From Ignavibacteria bacterium (GTDB lineage: Bacteria; Bacteroidota; Ignavibacteria; SZUA-365): a DNA stretch of 64,000 nucleotides. The notes beneath the pieces were generated by a model. That model did no database searches and was not told the origin of the DNA. It saw only the letters and a program-made list of their open reading frames with translations. This document shows positions 40,250 to 49,889 of the stretch, one piece after another (the first letter of the stretch is position 1; the number at the start of each line of letters is the position of its first letter). The position numbers were made by a program, and so were the translations under genes. The DNA is taken from positions 390,776-454,775 of the forward strand of contig JADKJW010000001.1 in assembly GCA_016720835.1 (NCBI GenBank), written 5' to 3'.

Positions 40250-41020
40250 CTACTTGGCAAGCCATCCGCGCCAGCGGCATTTGTGACAACGGTACGGGCG
40301 TTTGCCGGTAAACTTCTTGCGAAGCATCTCGGAGAAATTGCGATGACGCGAGCGGAAGAGGGTGAATTCGCCGCAACTCGGACACGGCTTGCCCTTGTGC
40401 CGCGACTGCGAGTGAAATTGCTCTCCCTCATGCTGGGAGTACGGTTTGAGATCTTCGTCGAACGGCTGGAGTTCTTCCTCTCCAGGAAACCGTTTCCGTT
40501 CGCGCGGGGATGGCTCTTCGTCGGCATCGACCGCATCGCCCTGGATGCGCGGGAGTGAACGGGACGGAACCGGAATGTCCGGCGAAGAACGATGGTTCTC
40601 TTCAGGCGCATGCCGCGGGAGGAACAGATCCTCCGGATGCTCGTCCAAACGCGGCTGCGCGACGGCGGGGAGGTCGGCCGGCCGTAGCCTGGGCGCCGAA
40701 CGGGGCGCTGCCGCGTTCAGGTCCAGCGCGATGTCGGGGATGGTGTCGAGCCCCTCTTCGAGGAGGAAGCTCGCCTCATCGTCGGAGGTATTCGAATACC
40801 GGAGCTTCGACTCGTCGAGCCAGCCGCGCCAGCTGCAGGCGTGGCAACGGAAAACGCGCATGCCGGAATGCTCGCGCTTGAAACGCTCGAATTTCGTGCG
40901 CGTATGGCTCCGGCGAAGGGCGAGGACCTTGCACTTCGGACACAGAGCCGTGACGTCCAGGCTCCGAAGCCATGGATGATCTGACATGGGCGGATTCTCG
41001 TGTAGAATAATCAACAACAC
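40250..41020 (-). CDS. hypothetical tandem zinc-ribbon protein (two CxxC...CHxCxWRGWL modules separated by an acidic/Pro-rich linker)
   Basis: Module 1 is CPKCKVLALRRSHTRTKFERFKREHSGMRVFRCHACSWRGWL. Module 2 is CPSCGEFTLFRSRHRNFSEMLRKKFTGKRPYRCHKCRWRGWLAK. They are separated by a roughly 120-aa D/E/P-rich linker. The gene is divergent from the ECF sigma gene. Confidence 0.6.
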   Translation of the reverse strand: MLLIILHENPPMSDHPWLRSLDVTALCPKCKVLALRRSHTRTKFERFKREHSGMRVFRCHACSWRGWLDESKLRYSNTSDDEASFLLEEGLDTIPDIALDLNAAAPRSAPRLRPADLPAVAQPRLDEHPEDLFLPRHAPEENHRSSPDIPVPSRSLPRIQGDAVDADEEPSPRERKRFPGEEELQPFDEDLKPYSQHEGEQFHSQSRHKGKPCPSCGEFTLFRSRHRNFSEMLRKKFTGKRPYRCHKCRWRGWLAK

Positions 41021-41274
41021 TCGCCTGCCCCTGTGGCGGCAGGTCCGAAATATACTGAGAAATCGTCACAATGCCGTCCGGAATCCGGAAGCAGCGCTCG
41101 ATGACACGCCGGGCAGGACCCGGGCACCCAGGATGAATACGATACGAAACAGGGAGGACAGGAGAGGATGTGCGGGGCCTCGCCGACGGCTCTTCGAGGT
41201 CCGTCCATGTTGTGATTTCTCGCGGTGTCGGCGTATATTTTTGGAACGTGTATTCCGGAAACAATCGGAGCGGT

Positions 41275-41922
41275 ATGTCCGTCCTGATTCCAGACATTCA
41301 GGAAGAAGAACTGTTCGGTGTGGAAGCCGGCATGGTCGAGGATGCGTATCGACTGAAGGAGCGCCACATCGAATTCGAGCGGGAAGCCCTCCCGCACATG
41401 GACGCATTGTACAATTTCGCCCTTCGCATGACGGGTGATCCGGATGACGCGGACGACCTGCTGCAGGAGACCTTTCTCAAGGCCTACCGCTTCTTCGACA
41501 AGTTCGAGAAAGGAACGAACTGCAAGGCATGGCTGTTCAGGATCATGAAGAATTCGTTCATCAACATCTATCGGAAGGTCACCAAGGAACCCGACAAGGT
41601 GGACTATGATGATGTCGAGGAATTCTATCACTCGATACGAGCGGAATCCGCGGATTCCAACGATTTACAGGAGAAATTATTCTCCAACCTCCTCGATGAC
41701 GATGTCTCGCGCGCCCTGGAAGGCCTCCCGGGAGAGTTCAGGACGGTGGTGATCTTGTGCGATATCGAAGGTTTTACCTACGAGGAAATTGCCGAATTCG
41801 TCGAATGTCCGATAGGCACGGTCCGCTCCCGGCTGCACCGGGGACGAAAGATGCTTCGGGTGAAACTCCTCGCGTACGCGAAGGATCGCGGGTACGACAC
41901 GGACGAGGATACACATGATTGA
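41275..41922 (+). CDS. RNA polymerase ECF-type sigma-70 factor
   Basis: Region 2 DDADDLLQETFLKAYRFFDKF...AWLFRIMKNSFINIYRK. Region 4 VVILCDIEGFTYEEIAEFVECPIGTVRSRLHRGRKML. The listed ORF starts earlier at an alternative start codon. Confidence 0.85.
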   Translation: MSVLIPDIQEEELFGVEAGMVEDAYRLKERHIEFEREALPHMDALYNFALRMTGDPDDADDLLQETFLKAYRFFDKFEKGTNCKAWLFRIMKNSFINIYRKVTKEPDKVDYDDVEEFYHSIRAESADSNDLQEKLFSNLLDDDVSRALEGLPGEFRTVVILCDIEGFTYEEIAEFVECPIGTVRSRLHRGRKMLRVKLLAYAKDRGYDTDEDTHD

Positions 41923-41952
41923 ATTTGTACTCCAACACCAGGCTGGCACGCG

Positions 41953-42210
41953 ATGCAACGCGAAGACGTTCCTGAGTATATCAGCGCCTTGGTCGACAAG
42001 GAAGTCACGGATCTGAGCGATGACGAGGTGGAGCTCCTGCAGCGAATGGTGCACGAGCGGCCCGAGTATTTCGGGGAATACCAGATCACCATCGCGACGA
42101 AGCTCTGCCTGCACAACCATTTGAAATCGGTCCGCTGCCCTGCCGGACTTGCGGACACCATCAAGTCCACGCTCCACCACATGTTCAAGTCAAAGCAAGC
42201 CTCCCTGTGA
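41953..42210 (+). CDS. putative anti-sigma factor (small Cys/His-containing protein immediately downstream of the ECF sigma gene)
   Basis: Assigned from its position in the operon plus acidic N-terminus and CLHNHLKSVRCP. No canonical HxxxCxxC was found. Confidence 0.4.
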   Translation: MQREDVPEYISALVDKEVTDLSDDEVELLQRMVHERPEYFGEYQITIATKLCLHNHLKSVRCPAGLADTIKSTLHHMFKSKQASL

Positions 42211-42317
42211 CGACACGCCAAAACCCGCCTGCGGGCACATCGGATCCCGGTGCGCGGAATCCGAGGGTGGAGCCGGATCACGGGAGCCACTTCTCATACA
42301 TTTCCGTATCATCACAT

Positions 42318-43400
42318 ATGCGCCCTCCCGTGTATTCCATTCCAGTCCCCCGGATTGTCCGGTGCGGTATTTTCCTGGTCGTCCTCGCCATCTTCCCTGC
42401 TCTTGCGTCGAGGGCGCAGGGTCCGGGTGCACTGCTCTTTCCCGGCGAAGGGCATCTGCGGAACGTGCGGCAGCTCACCACTGAAGGCGAGAACGCCGAG
42501 GCCTATCTCTCTTTCGACGAGAAAGCGCTGACCTTCCAGTCCCGCCCCGCTGGCGCGGAATGCGACCGCATCTTCACCATGTCGCTCGACGGCGGAAACG
42601 TGTCGATGGTCAGCTCCGGAAAGGGCCGCACCACCTGTTCGTACTGGCTTCCCGATGGCGAGCATCTGATTTTCGCGTCGACGGAAGCCCACGATCCCGG
42701 CTGCCTTCCTCCCCCCGATCGCAGTCACGGGTATGTGTGGAAGCTGTATCCGGAGTTTGACATTTACTCGATACGGAAAGACGGCACGGGATTGAAAACG
42801 CTGTTCGCGTCCGAAGGGTATGACGCCGAAGCCACCGTCTCCCCGCTGGGCGACCGGGTGGTCTTCACATCGACGAAGACCGGCGACCCCGAAATCTACA
42901 CGATGAATATCGACGGGAGCGATGTGAAGCGGCTGACCTTCGAGAAGGGCTACGACGGCGGACCCTTCTACACGCCGGACGGAAAGAGCATCGTCTTCCG
43001 CGCGAGCAGGCCGAAAACTCCCGAAGACATGAAGGGGTATGAAGAACTCGTCAAGGACCATCTGGTCCGTCCCACCGCGCTCGAAATCTGCATCATGAAC
43101 GCCGACGGGAGCAACCTGCGGCAGATCACGCGCAACGGCGCCGCGAACTTCGCGCCCTTCATGCATCCGGACGGCGCGCGCATCATCTTCTGTTCCAACA
43201 TGGACGCCTCCAACCGGCGCAACTTCGACCTCTACATGATCCGCGTCGACGGCACCGGCCTCGAACGAATCACGACCTACGGCGAATTTGACGGCTTCCC
43301 GATGTTCACGAGGGACGGGAAGCATCTGGTATTTTGTTCGAATCGAAACAACAGCAAGCCCGGCGACACGAACGTATTCATCGCCGAATGGGTCGACTAA
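42318..43400 (+). CDS. TolB-like / WD40-like (PD40) beta-propeller repeat protein, secreted
   Basis: Signal peptide MRPPVYSIPVPRIVRCGIFLVVLAIFPALASRAQG. Repeated PD40-like units (LSFDEKALTFQS, WLPDGEHLIFAS, VSPLGDRVVFTS, YTPDGKSIVFRAS, MHPDGARIIFCSN, FTRDGKHLVFCSNR). Confidence 0.75.
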   Translation: MRPPVYSIPVPRIVRCGIFLVVLAIFPALASRAQGPGALLFPGEGHLRNVRQLTTEGENAEAYLSFDEKALTFQSRPAGAECDRIFTMSLDGGNVSMVSSGKGRTTCSYWLPDGEHLIFASTEAHDPGCLPPPDRSHGYVWKLYPEFDIYSIRKDGTGLKTLFASEGYDAEATVSPLGDRVVFTSTKTGDPEIYTMNIDGSDVKRLTFEKGYDGGPFYTPDGKSIVFRASRPKTPEDMKGYEELVKDHLVRPTALEICIMNADGSNLRQITRNGAANFAPFMHPDGARIIFCSNMDASNRRNFDLYMIRVDGTGLERITTYGEFDGFPMFTRDGKHLVFCSNRNNSKPGDTNVFIAEWVD

Positions 43401-43419
43401 CCTGGAATCAAGGACCGAC

Positions 43420-45228
43420 ATGAGATCGACACGCATCTGCACCTTCCTGCTCATCGCGGGAGCACTCCTCTCCACAGCACGCGCGCAATCCGTCGCTCCT
43501 CCGCCTCCGGGCTCCACCACGGCGGTCACGAAGGAGGATATCGGCTACCACGTGCGCTGGCTTTCCTCGGAGGCGCTTGAGGGACGGGGCACAGGCACCC
43601 GCGGGAATGCCGTCGCGGCCGAGTATCTCGCGCGCGAATTCAAGCGGTACGGACTGAAACCCGCAGGCGACAACGGCTCGTATCTCCAGACGTTTGAGGT
43701 CGTGACGGGCGTCGATCTCGGGAGAAACAACCGTTTCTCGCTTACCGCGGCAGGGAGCGCGAAAACACTGGCGGTGCAGAAGGACTACGTCCCCTTCAGC
43801 TTCTCCCATTCGGGCGAAGCCACAGGCGGCATCGTCTTCGCGGGATATGGCATCACCTCCGCGAAACTCAAATACAACGACTACGAAAATGTCGACGTCA
43901 AGGACAAGCTCGCGCTTGTCGTTTCGGGTCATCCGGACGGAGACAGCCCGCATTCCGATTTCGACAACGTGGCCTCCATCCGCAGCAAGGCGCTGTTCGC
44001 CCGCGAAGCCGGCGCCTCCGCGCTGCTGGTCGTGAATCTGGAGAAGGACGAGCTGTACAAGCTGAAGTACGACAATTCTCCGAGCAACGCCGGCATCATC
44101 GTCGTCAACGTCGGCAAGGAGATCGTCGAAACCCTCTTCAAGGCCAACAGCCAGGACCTCAAGAACATCCTCGAGAAGATTCAAAAGGACAAGCGCCCGA
44201 TGTCGTTCGCGATGACGGACGTGCACGCCGCCCTGACGGTCTCGGTGTCGTACGTGAAAAAACCGTCCATGAATGTGATCGGGAAACTCGACGGCACCGA
44301 CCCCGCCCTGACGGAGCAGTGCTTCGTCGTCGGCGCGCACTTCGACCACCTCGGATGGGGCCAGGACGGTTCGCTGTACCGCGGCGAGAAGCCGATGATC
44401 CATCCCGGCGCGGACGACAACGCCTCCGGCACCGCGGGCATGCTGGAACTCGCCCAGTACTTCGCCGCGCAACCGCTGCGCCGTCCCATGCTGTTCATGG
44501 GCTTCACCGGCGAGGAAATGGGTCTCCTCGGATCATCGCACTGGGTGAACAATCCGAGCACGCCGCTCGCCTCCATCGCGGCCATGTTCAACCTCGACAT
44601 GGTCGGCCGCCTGCCCGACAGCACGAACAAGCTCAACGTGCAGGGCACGGGCACGTCCCCGATCTGGGAATCGATCGTCAAGGGCGCGAACGAACCGTAC
44701 AACTTCACCCTCGCGATGCTGCCCGACGGACAGGGCGCGAGCGATCAGGCCGCCTTTTACATGAAGAACATTCCGGTGCTCTTCTTCTTCACCGGCCTGC
44801 ACACCGATTACCATCGGCCGTCGGATCAGTTCGACAAGCTCAACCTGCCGGGGGAGGAAAATGTCATTCGTTTCACGGCCGACATCATCCGGAAAACAGA
44901 TGAACAGGCCGACCGGCCCGCGTTCGTGAAAGTCGTCGTCAAGGAAGATCAGAAAGTGCGCGGCTTCAACGTGTATGTGGGGACCATCCCCGATTACGGC
45001 TCGACCGAGGAAGGCTTCAAGATCACGGGAACCAGCCCCGGCAGCCCCGCGGAGAAAGCGGGACTGAAACCGGGCGATCTCATCGTGCAGTTCGGCTCCA
45101 CGAAGCTCAAGAATATTTACGATTACATGAACGCCATGGGCAAGTACAAGCCCGAGGAGGACGTCCCCCTCGTCGTCAAGCGCGGAACGGAGACGCTCAC
45201 CCTGACGGTGCATCTGGTCCGGAAATAG
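43420..45228 (+). CDS. M28-family zinc peptidase with PA domain and C-terminal PDZ domain
   Basis: Signal peptide. GAHFDHLGW...HPGADDNASGTAGMLELAQYF...FMGFTGEE. C-terminal GSPAEKAGLKPGDLIVQFGSTKL PDZ-like. Confidence 0.85.
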   Translation: MRSTRICTFLLIAGALLSTARAQSVAPPPPGSTTAVTKEDIGYHVRWLSSEALEGRGTGTRGNAVAAEYLAREFKRYGLKPAGDNGSYLQTFEVVTGVDLGRNNRFSLTAAGSAKTLAVQKDYVPFSFSHSGEATGGIVFAGYGITSAKLKYNDYENVDVKDKLALVVSGHPDGDSPHSDFDNVASIRSKALFAREAGASALLVVNLEKDELYKLKYDNSPSNAGIIVVNVGKEIVETLFKANSQDLKNILEKIQKDKRPMSFAMTDVHAALTVSVSYVKKPSMNVIGKLDGTDPALTEQCFVVGAHFDHLGWGQDGSLYRGEKPMIHPGADDNASGTAGMLELAQYFAAQPLRRPMLFMGFTGEEMGLLGSSHWVNNPSTPLASIAAMFNLDMVGRLPDSTNKLNVQGTGTSPIWESIVKGANEPYNFTLAMLPDGQGASDQAAFYMKNIPVLFFFTGLHTDYHRPSDQFDKLNLPGEENVIRFTADIIRKTDEQADRPAFVKVVVKEDQKVRGFNVYVGTIPDYGSTEEGFKITGTSPGSPAEKAGLKPGDLIVQFGSTKLKNIYDYMNAMGKYKPEEDVPLVVKRGTETLTLTVHLVRK

Positions 45229-45265
45229 TCCGCTGCCGCGCGCGCGCGGCATGAACCATCATTCG

Positions 45266-45300
45266 CGCAGGGCGTCCGATGCCGGGCGCCCTGCGTCGTT
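45266..45300. terminator. GC hairpin (CGCAGGGCG / CGCCCTGCG) between convergent M28 peptidase and ruvX
   Basis: 9-bp inverted repeat followed by TCGTTTC. Confidence 0.4.
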
Positions 45301-45326
45301 TCAGTTGGAGGAACCGGTGCTGGATC

Positions 45327-45743
45327 TCACGGATGCATCGCCAGGTAATCCTGCAGCAGCAGAATGGCTGCGATCTCGTCGACGCGTCCCTTCTCCCGCC
45401 GCTTTTTCTTCCCGAGGCCGAGGTCCTTCATGGTCTGCGTCGCAATCGAGGACGTGAACCGTTCGTCCAGCGTCTCGACAGGCACGTCCACGGCGGCGCG
45501 GAGCGTTTCGGCAAACGCGAGCACCAAGGTCGCGGTGTCGCCGACCTCGCCCTTGAGCGTGAGCGGCAATCCGATGACGATGCGCCCCACGCCGCGCTCG
45601 CGGACGAGGGCGCAAATGCGCGCGAGGAGATCCGGGCCGTTGTCAATGGTGTCGAGACCGATGGCGATGCAGCCCATGGGGTCGCTGACCGCAATCCCGA
45701 CGCGGCGCGCCCCGTAGTCGATGGCGAGTGTGGTGGTGTTCAT
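45327..45743 (-). CDS. ruvX: Holliday junction resolvase-like RNase RuvX/YqgF
   Basis: TLAIDYGARRVGIAVSDPMG..., ...GRIVIGLPLTLKGEVG..., ...LDERFTS..., AAILLQDYL. Confidence 0.85.
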   Translation of the reverse strand: MNTTTLAIDYGARRVGIAVSDPMGCIAIGLDTIDNGPDLLARICALVRERGVGRIVIGLPLTLKGEVGDTATLVLAFAETLRAAVDVPVETLDERFTSSIATQTMKDLGLGKKKRREKGRVDEIAAILLLQDYLAMHP

Positions 45744-45789
45744 CGGGCATGGGCCGCGTCGCGCGGAGAACCATCGCGCGCGGCGCGGA

Positions 45790-46194
45790 TCAGCGCGCGA
45801 GAATATCCTCGGGAGCGTGCGACATCGCGAAGACATTCGGTTCGCGACTTTCGCTGGAGAGCAGCGCCGCGTCTTCCGGACTCAGGGGCTGTGTCAGAAA
45901 TGATTTGAGGAGTTTGCTCGGCTTGAAGTGTGTTTTTCTGCGGGGAGGAACGAACACCTTGTCTCCCGTTTTGGGATTGCGCGCGCGCGGTTTGGCCTTG
46001 GTCAGCTTCACCTCGAACACGCCGAAGTCGCGCACTTCGAGCCGGACTTCCGGATCGGCGGTCATCAGGAGTTCTCGAATGGACGTCAGCACGCAGTCGA
46101 CCCATTTGTCCGCGTCCTGAATTTTCAATGCGTGGGTTTCGGACACGCGCCGCGCAATATCCTTGCGGGTGAGCGTTGGGACCTTGTCTTTCAT
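45790..46194 (-). CDS. HU/IHF-family DNA-binding protein (with C-terminal extension)
   Basis: LTRKDIARRVSE...VRDFGVFEVKLTKAKPRARNPKTGDKVFVPPRRKTHFKPSKLLK. Confidence 0.8.
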   Translation of the reverse strand: MKDKVPTLTRKDIARRVSETHALKIQDADKWVDCVLTSIRELLMTADPEVRLEVRDFGVFEVKLTKAKPRARNPKTGDKVFVPPRRKTHFKPSKLLKSFLTQPLSPEDAALLSSESREPNVFAMSHAPEDILAR

Positions 46195-46216
46195 TCGTCG
46201 TGTTCTCCGTGATGGG

Positions 46217-48505
46217 TTAAGCGACTTCGACGTAGCGTTCCGCGATTTCGACGCCCCGCACCTTGCGCACGCGCTCGATGAGGCGCTGCAGGTGTTCGAG
46301 ATCGCGGACCGACACGAGGACGGAGCCGTGGAACATGGATGTCCCCTGCTCCGCCTCGATGTTGACGCTGCGGATGTTGGTGTTGTTGTAGCTGGAAATG
46401 GCGAGGGTAATCTCGTTCAGGACGCCGGGACGATCGGAACCCTCCATGCGTATGCCGCCGAGATACTCGCCGTTGGTACTCTGCGGCCAGCTGATGTCGA
46501 TGATGCGGTCGAGCATCCCGTGCCCCTCGGCGTCGACGGCACTCATCAGCCGCTGGATGTTGCGGCAGCTCTTGCGATGGATTTTGACGCCTCGCCCCTG
46601 CGTGACAAACCCGATGACGTCGTCGCCGGGCAGCGGGCTGCAGCAGCGGGCGAAGTCGTACTGCATGGCATTCGGCAGTCCCTGGATGAGAATTCCGCGT
46701 TCGTTGCGCGCGGCCGCCGCGAATTCCTCGAAGAGTTCGGACGGGTCGCGCTGCGGGAGGATGATGTCCTCCGGCTTTGGCTCCGTGTCCGCGACGACCT
46801 TGAGAATGTCGTCCACGGTGAGTTCGTCGTTGCCGAGCGCGGCGAACAGCTTCGAGGGGCTCGAGAAGCTCAAGTGCGTCGCCGCGCGCTGGATCTGCTC
46901 GTCGCGGATCTGCAGCTTCTGGCGTTTGATCTTGCGGTCCCACTTCTCCCGGCCCTTGTGCGTCGCGAGTTTGGTCTGCTCGCCGACGTACTTGCGGATC
47001 GCATTTTTCGCCTTGTGCGTGATGACGAACTGCTCCCAGTCCGGGCTCAGGTACTGGTTCCGCGAGGTGATGACTTCCACCTGATCGCCGCTGCGGAGCG
47101 TGCGGTTCAGCGGCACGATCCGCCCGTTGACTTTTGCGCCGATCGTGTGCAGTCCGACTTCGGAATGGATCATGAACGCGAAATCGACAGGAGTCGCGCG
47201 GTTCGGCAGCACGATCAGATCGCCCTTGGGCGTGAAGACGACGATCTCCTCCTGGTACAGCGTGCTCTTGAAATTGTCGATCAGCAGCTTCGCGTCCTCG
47301 TCCGTCGCGCTGGTGAGCGGCACTTCGATGATCTCGCGCACCCAGCGTATCCAGTTGTCGAAGGCGCTCTGCTTGTTCTTGACGCTCTCCTTGTACGCCC
47401 AGTGCGCGGCGATGCCTTTTTCCGAAATCTCGTGCATCAGCCGGGTGCGTATCTGCACTTCCACCATGCGGCCGTCCGGTCCCAGCACGGTCGTGTGGAT
47501 GGACTTGTACCCGTTCTGCTTCGGGAGGGCGATGAAATTCTTGTAGCGCTCGGGAATCGGCGTGTAGAGTTCGCACACGATCGCGTACGCGATGTAGCAC
47601 GATTTTTCCTCATCCGAATCGAGAATGATGCGCACGGCGAAGAGGTCGTAGATCTCGTCGATCGTCTTGTTCTGCTTGCGCATCTTGTTGTAGATGCTCC
47701 ACAGGTGTTTCGGGCGTCCGCTCACTTCGGAGATGAGGCCGTTCCGTTCCAGTTCCGCCTTGATGGGTTTGCTGAACCGTGCGATATACTCCTCCCGATC
47801 GCGCCGTTTGAGCGACACCTGTTCGCGGAGTTTCCGGTAGTCTTCCTCGAAGTAGTATTTGAACGCGAGGTCCTCGAGCTCCCACTTGAGCTTCCCGAGA
47901 CCGAAGCGGTGCGCGAGCGGCGCGTAGATGTCGAGCGTCTCCTTGGCGATCCGCGCCTGTTTCTCGTCCGGCACGTACTCGAGCGTACGCATGTTATGCA
48001 GCCGGTCGGCGAACTTGACGAGGATGACGCGCACGTCGTTGAGCATGGACACGAGAAGCTTGCGGTAATTTTCCGCCTTCGTCACTTCTCTGCTCCCCAG
48101 GATGTTGGAAATCTTGGTGGCACCGTCGACGATGTCCGCGACTTCGCTTCCGAAGTTTGCCAGCATGTCGTCGTACGTGCAATCGTCGCAATCCTCCAGC
48201 ACGTCGTGCAGAAGCGCCGCCGCGACGGTGACATCGTCCACCGGGATTTCCTGCGCCACGATCATCGCGACCGCATAGGGATGCGAGAAGTACTTCTCCC
48301 CCGATTTTCGGAACTGCCCCTCATGCGATTGTTCGGAAGTCGTGAACGCTCTCGTAATAAGATCCGTGTTCACCGATTTCAGGTTGTTCCGGCAAACGGT
48401 CAGCAGCGCCGCAAGCTGGTCCCTGCTCGCAGCGGCACCCACAGCCTGCTGCGCCATGGGCGAAGCCGCAAGCCGTTTTCGCTTCCCATCTCCAAACAAC
48501 GCCAT
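46217..48505 (-). CDS. bifunctional (p)ppGpp synthetase/hydrolase RelA/SpoT
   Basis: HD domain (YFSHPYAVAMIV...HDVLED), synthetase domain (SGRPKHLWSIYNKM...DLFAVRIIL), TGS (VFTPKGD) and a C-terminal ACT-like region. Confidence 0.92.
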   Translation of the reverse strand: MALFGDGKRKRLAASPMAQQAVGAAASRDQLAALLTVCRNNLKSVNTDLITRAFTTSEQSHEGQFRKSGEKYFSHPYAVAMIVAQEIPVDDVTVAAALLHDVLEDCDDCTYDDMLANFGSEVADIVDGATKISNILGSREVTKAENYRKLLVSMLNDVRVILVKFADRLHNMRTLEYVPDEKQARIAKETLDIYAPLAHRFGLGKLKWELEDLAFKYYFEEDYRKLREQVSLKRRDREEYIARFSKPIKAELERNGLISEVSGRPKHLWSIYNKMRKQNKTIDEIYDLFAVRIILDSDEEKSCYIAYAIVCELYTPIPERYKNFIALPKQNGYKSIHTTVLGPDGRMVEVQIRTRLMHEISEKGIAAHWAYKESVKNKQSAFDNWIRWVREIIEVPLTSATDEDAKLLIDNFKSTLYQEEIVVFTPKGDLIVLPNRATPVDFAFMIHSEVGLHTIGAKVNGRIVPLNRTLRSGDQVEVITSRNQYLSPDWEQFVITHKAKNAIRKYVGEQTKLATHKGREKWDRKIKRQKLQIRDEQIQRAATHLSFSSPSKLFAALGNDELTVDDILKVVADTEPKPEDIILPQRDPSELFEEFAAAARNERGILIQGLPNAMQYDFARCCSPLPGDDVIGFVTQGRGVKIHRKSCRNIQRLMSAVDAEGHGMLDRIIDISWPQSTNGEYLGGIRMEGSDRPGVLNEITLAISSYNNTNIRSVNIEAEQGTSMFHGSVLVSVRDLEHLQRLIERVRKVRGVEIAERYVEVA

Positions 48506-48785
48506 GTTGATGCCTCCACCTTTGAATATAAAGGATTTATCGTAAATGTCAACAAAACGGACCGGCCGACCGGAAGAAAATGACCGGAAGTCATCGAAAA
48601 ATATTCGTCGCGGTAACTCCAGCGAAATTTTCGGGATGACGACGAGTCATTCAATGGATCGCGTTCACAACGCGGTCGCATTTTGTCAATCGATACCTGC
48701 GCGACGCATGTATTAATGCGCGCAATGGTTGTATTCTGCGATCTCCCCAACGATGCAAGCGGCGGCAGTGTGTTCCGGATGACTG

Positions 48786-49889
48786 TTACGGTCCCGCCTG
48801 CCTCGACTCCCTCTTCGCAAAAACGACGCTGCCGTCACGATCGAGAAACTGCACCAGCATTTCGGATGCACTCATCTGAAACCACAGCAGCCCGAGATTC
48901 GTGGAGGCAAACACCGTGTTCTCGCCCCAGCGCGTGTCGGCCGGCCGGCTGCCGCCACCGCTGACGATGTAGCGCACCCCCTTCACGGACGCGATCAGCT
49001 GCATGTCGTGATCGCGTCCGGAAAGAAAGAGGTCCACCCGGTGCTTTTCCAGCAACGGTTTCACGCGACGAAGCATGCCGAGCGTATTTCCGTGCATGCC
49101 GTTGGAAAAGACCGGATGGTATCCGAGCACGACGGTCCAATCTTCCGTTCGCGCGGCAAGAACGGAGTCGAGCCACGCGGCCTGTCGTCCCGCCCGCGCG
49201 GTGTCGCCGGAGACGAAGTCGCGGGTGTCGAGGCCGACCACGCGGACGGAAAACACGTCGCCATCCGCCGCGAAGCGCGTGGTCCAGTACCGCGCCGGCA
49301 TGCGCCATCGTGTCCGCGCGCTGCCGGAAGAGGCGCGCGCCGCATATGCCACCTGCGCGTCGGGTGACGACTTGTAATCATCGTCACCGAGCGTGGCCCA
49401 GAACGGAATCGGAAACGCGTCCGGTGGGAAAATGCTCTCGAAACGCGCCGCCCACTTCAAGTCATCGGCGCCGGTGACGCCGGACTCGGGGAAATTGTCG
49501 CCGGTCGTGAGCACCGCGACGGCGCCATCGGCGTTCCATTTTTTCACCATCGTTTCGGCGAGCGCGCGCTGGTCCTTGCCGCCAAGGCCCCAATTCCCGA
49601 TCGCGAAGAACGCCACGGCGGGGGGCGCGAGGCGTTCGTCCGCATCGAAGGAAGGCGCCGGTCGCGCGTCCTCGACCTTCGCATGCTGCGCCGCGGCGCC
49701 CGCCGACCAGAGGACGAGCACGGAGAGGAGTCGAAGAAAGGCGAACGGAATGCGTGCGCCACCATCGATCGCGATGGCGGGATTCGTGGAGAACGGCATC
49801 CACAAGTGTACGGACAATCCATGTCTGGCGCAGTCCGAAAAGCGATGCCAACCGCGCGCGCGGGCCGGGTCGTTGTGGTTCATGACCAT
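48786..49889 (-). CDS. secreted metallophosphoesterase (calcineurin-like / purple-acid-phosphatase-like)
   Basis: AIGNWGLG...VLTTGDNFPESG...ATLGDDDY...LGYHPVFSNGMHGN. Confidence 0.8.
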   Translation of the reverse strand: MVMNHNDPARARGWHRFSDCARHGLSVHLWMPFSTNPAIAIDGGARIPFAFLRLLSVLVLWSAGAAAQHAKVEDARPAPSFDADERLAPPAVAFFAIGNWGLGGKDQRALAETMVKKWNADGAVAVLTTGDNFPESGVTGADDLKWAARFESIFPPDAFPIPFWATLGDDDYKSSPDAQVAYAARASSGSARTRWRMPARYWTTRFAADGDVFSVRVVGLDTRDFVSGDTARAGRQAAWLDSVLAARTEDWTVVLGYHPVFSNGMHGNTLGMLRRVKPLLEKHRVDLFLSGRDHDMQLIASVKGVRYIVSGGGSRPADTRWGENTVFASTNLGLLWFQMSASEMLVQFLDRDGSVVFAKRESRQAGP

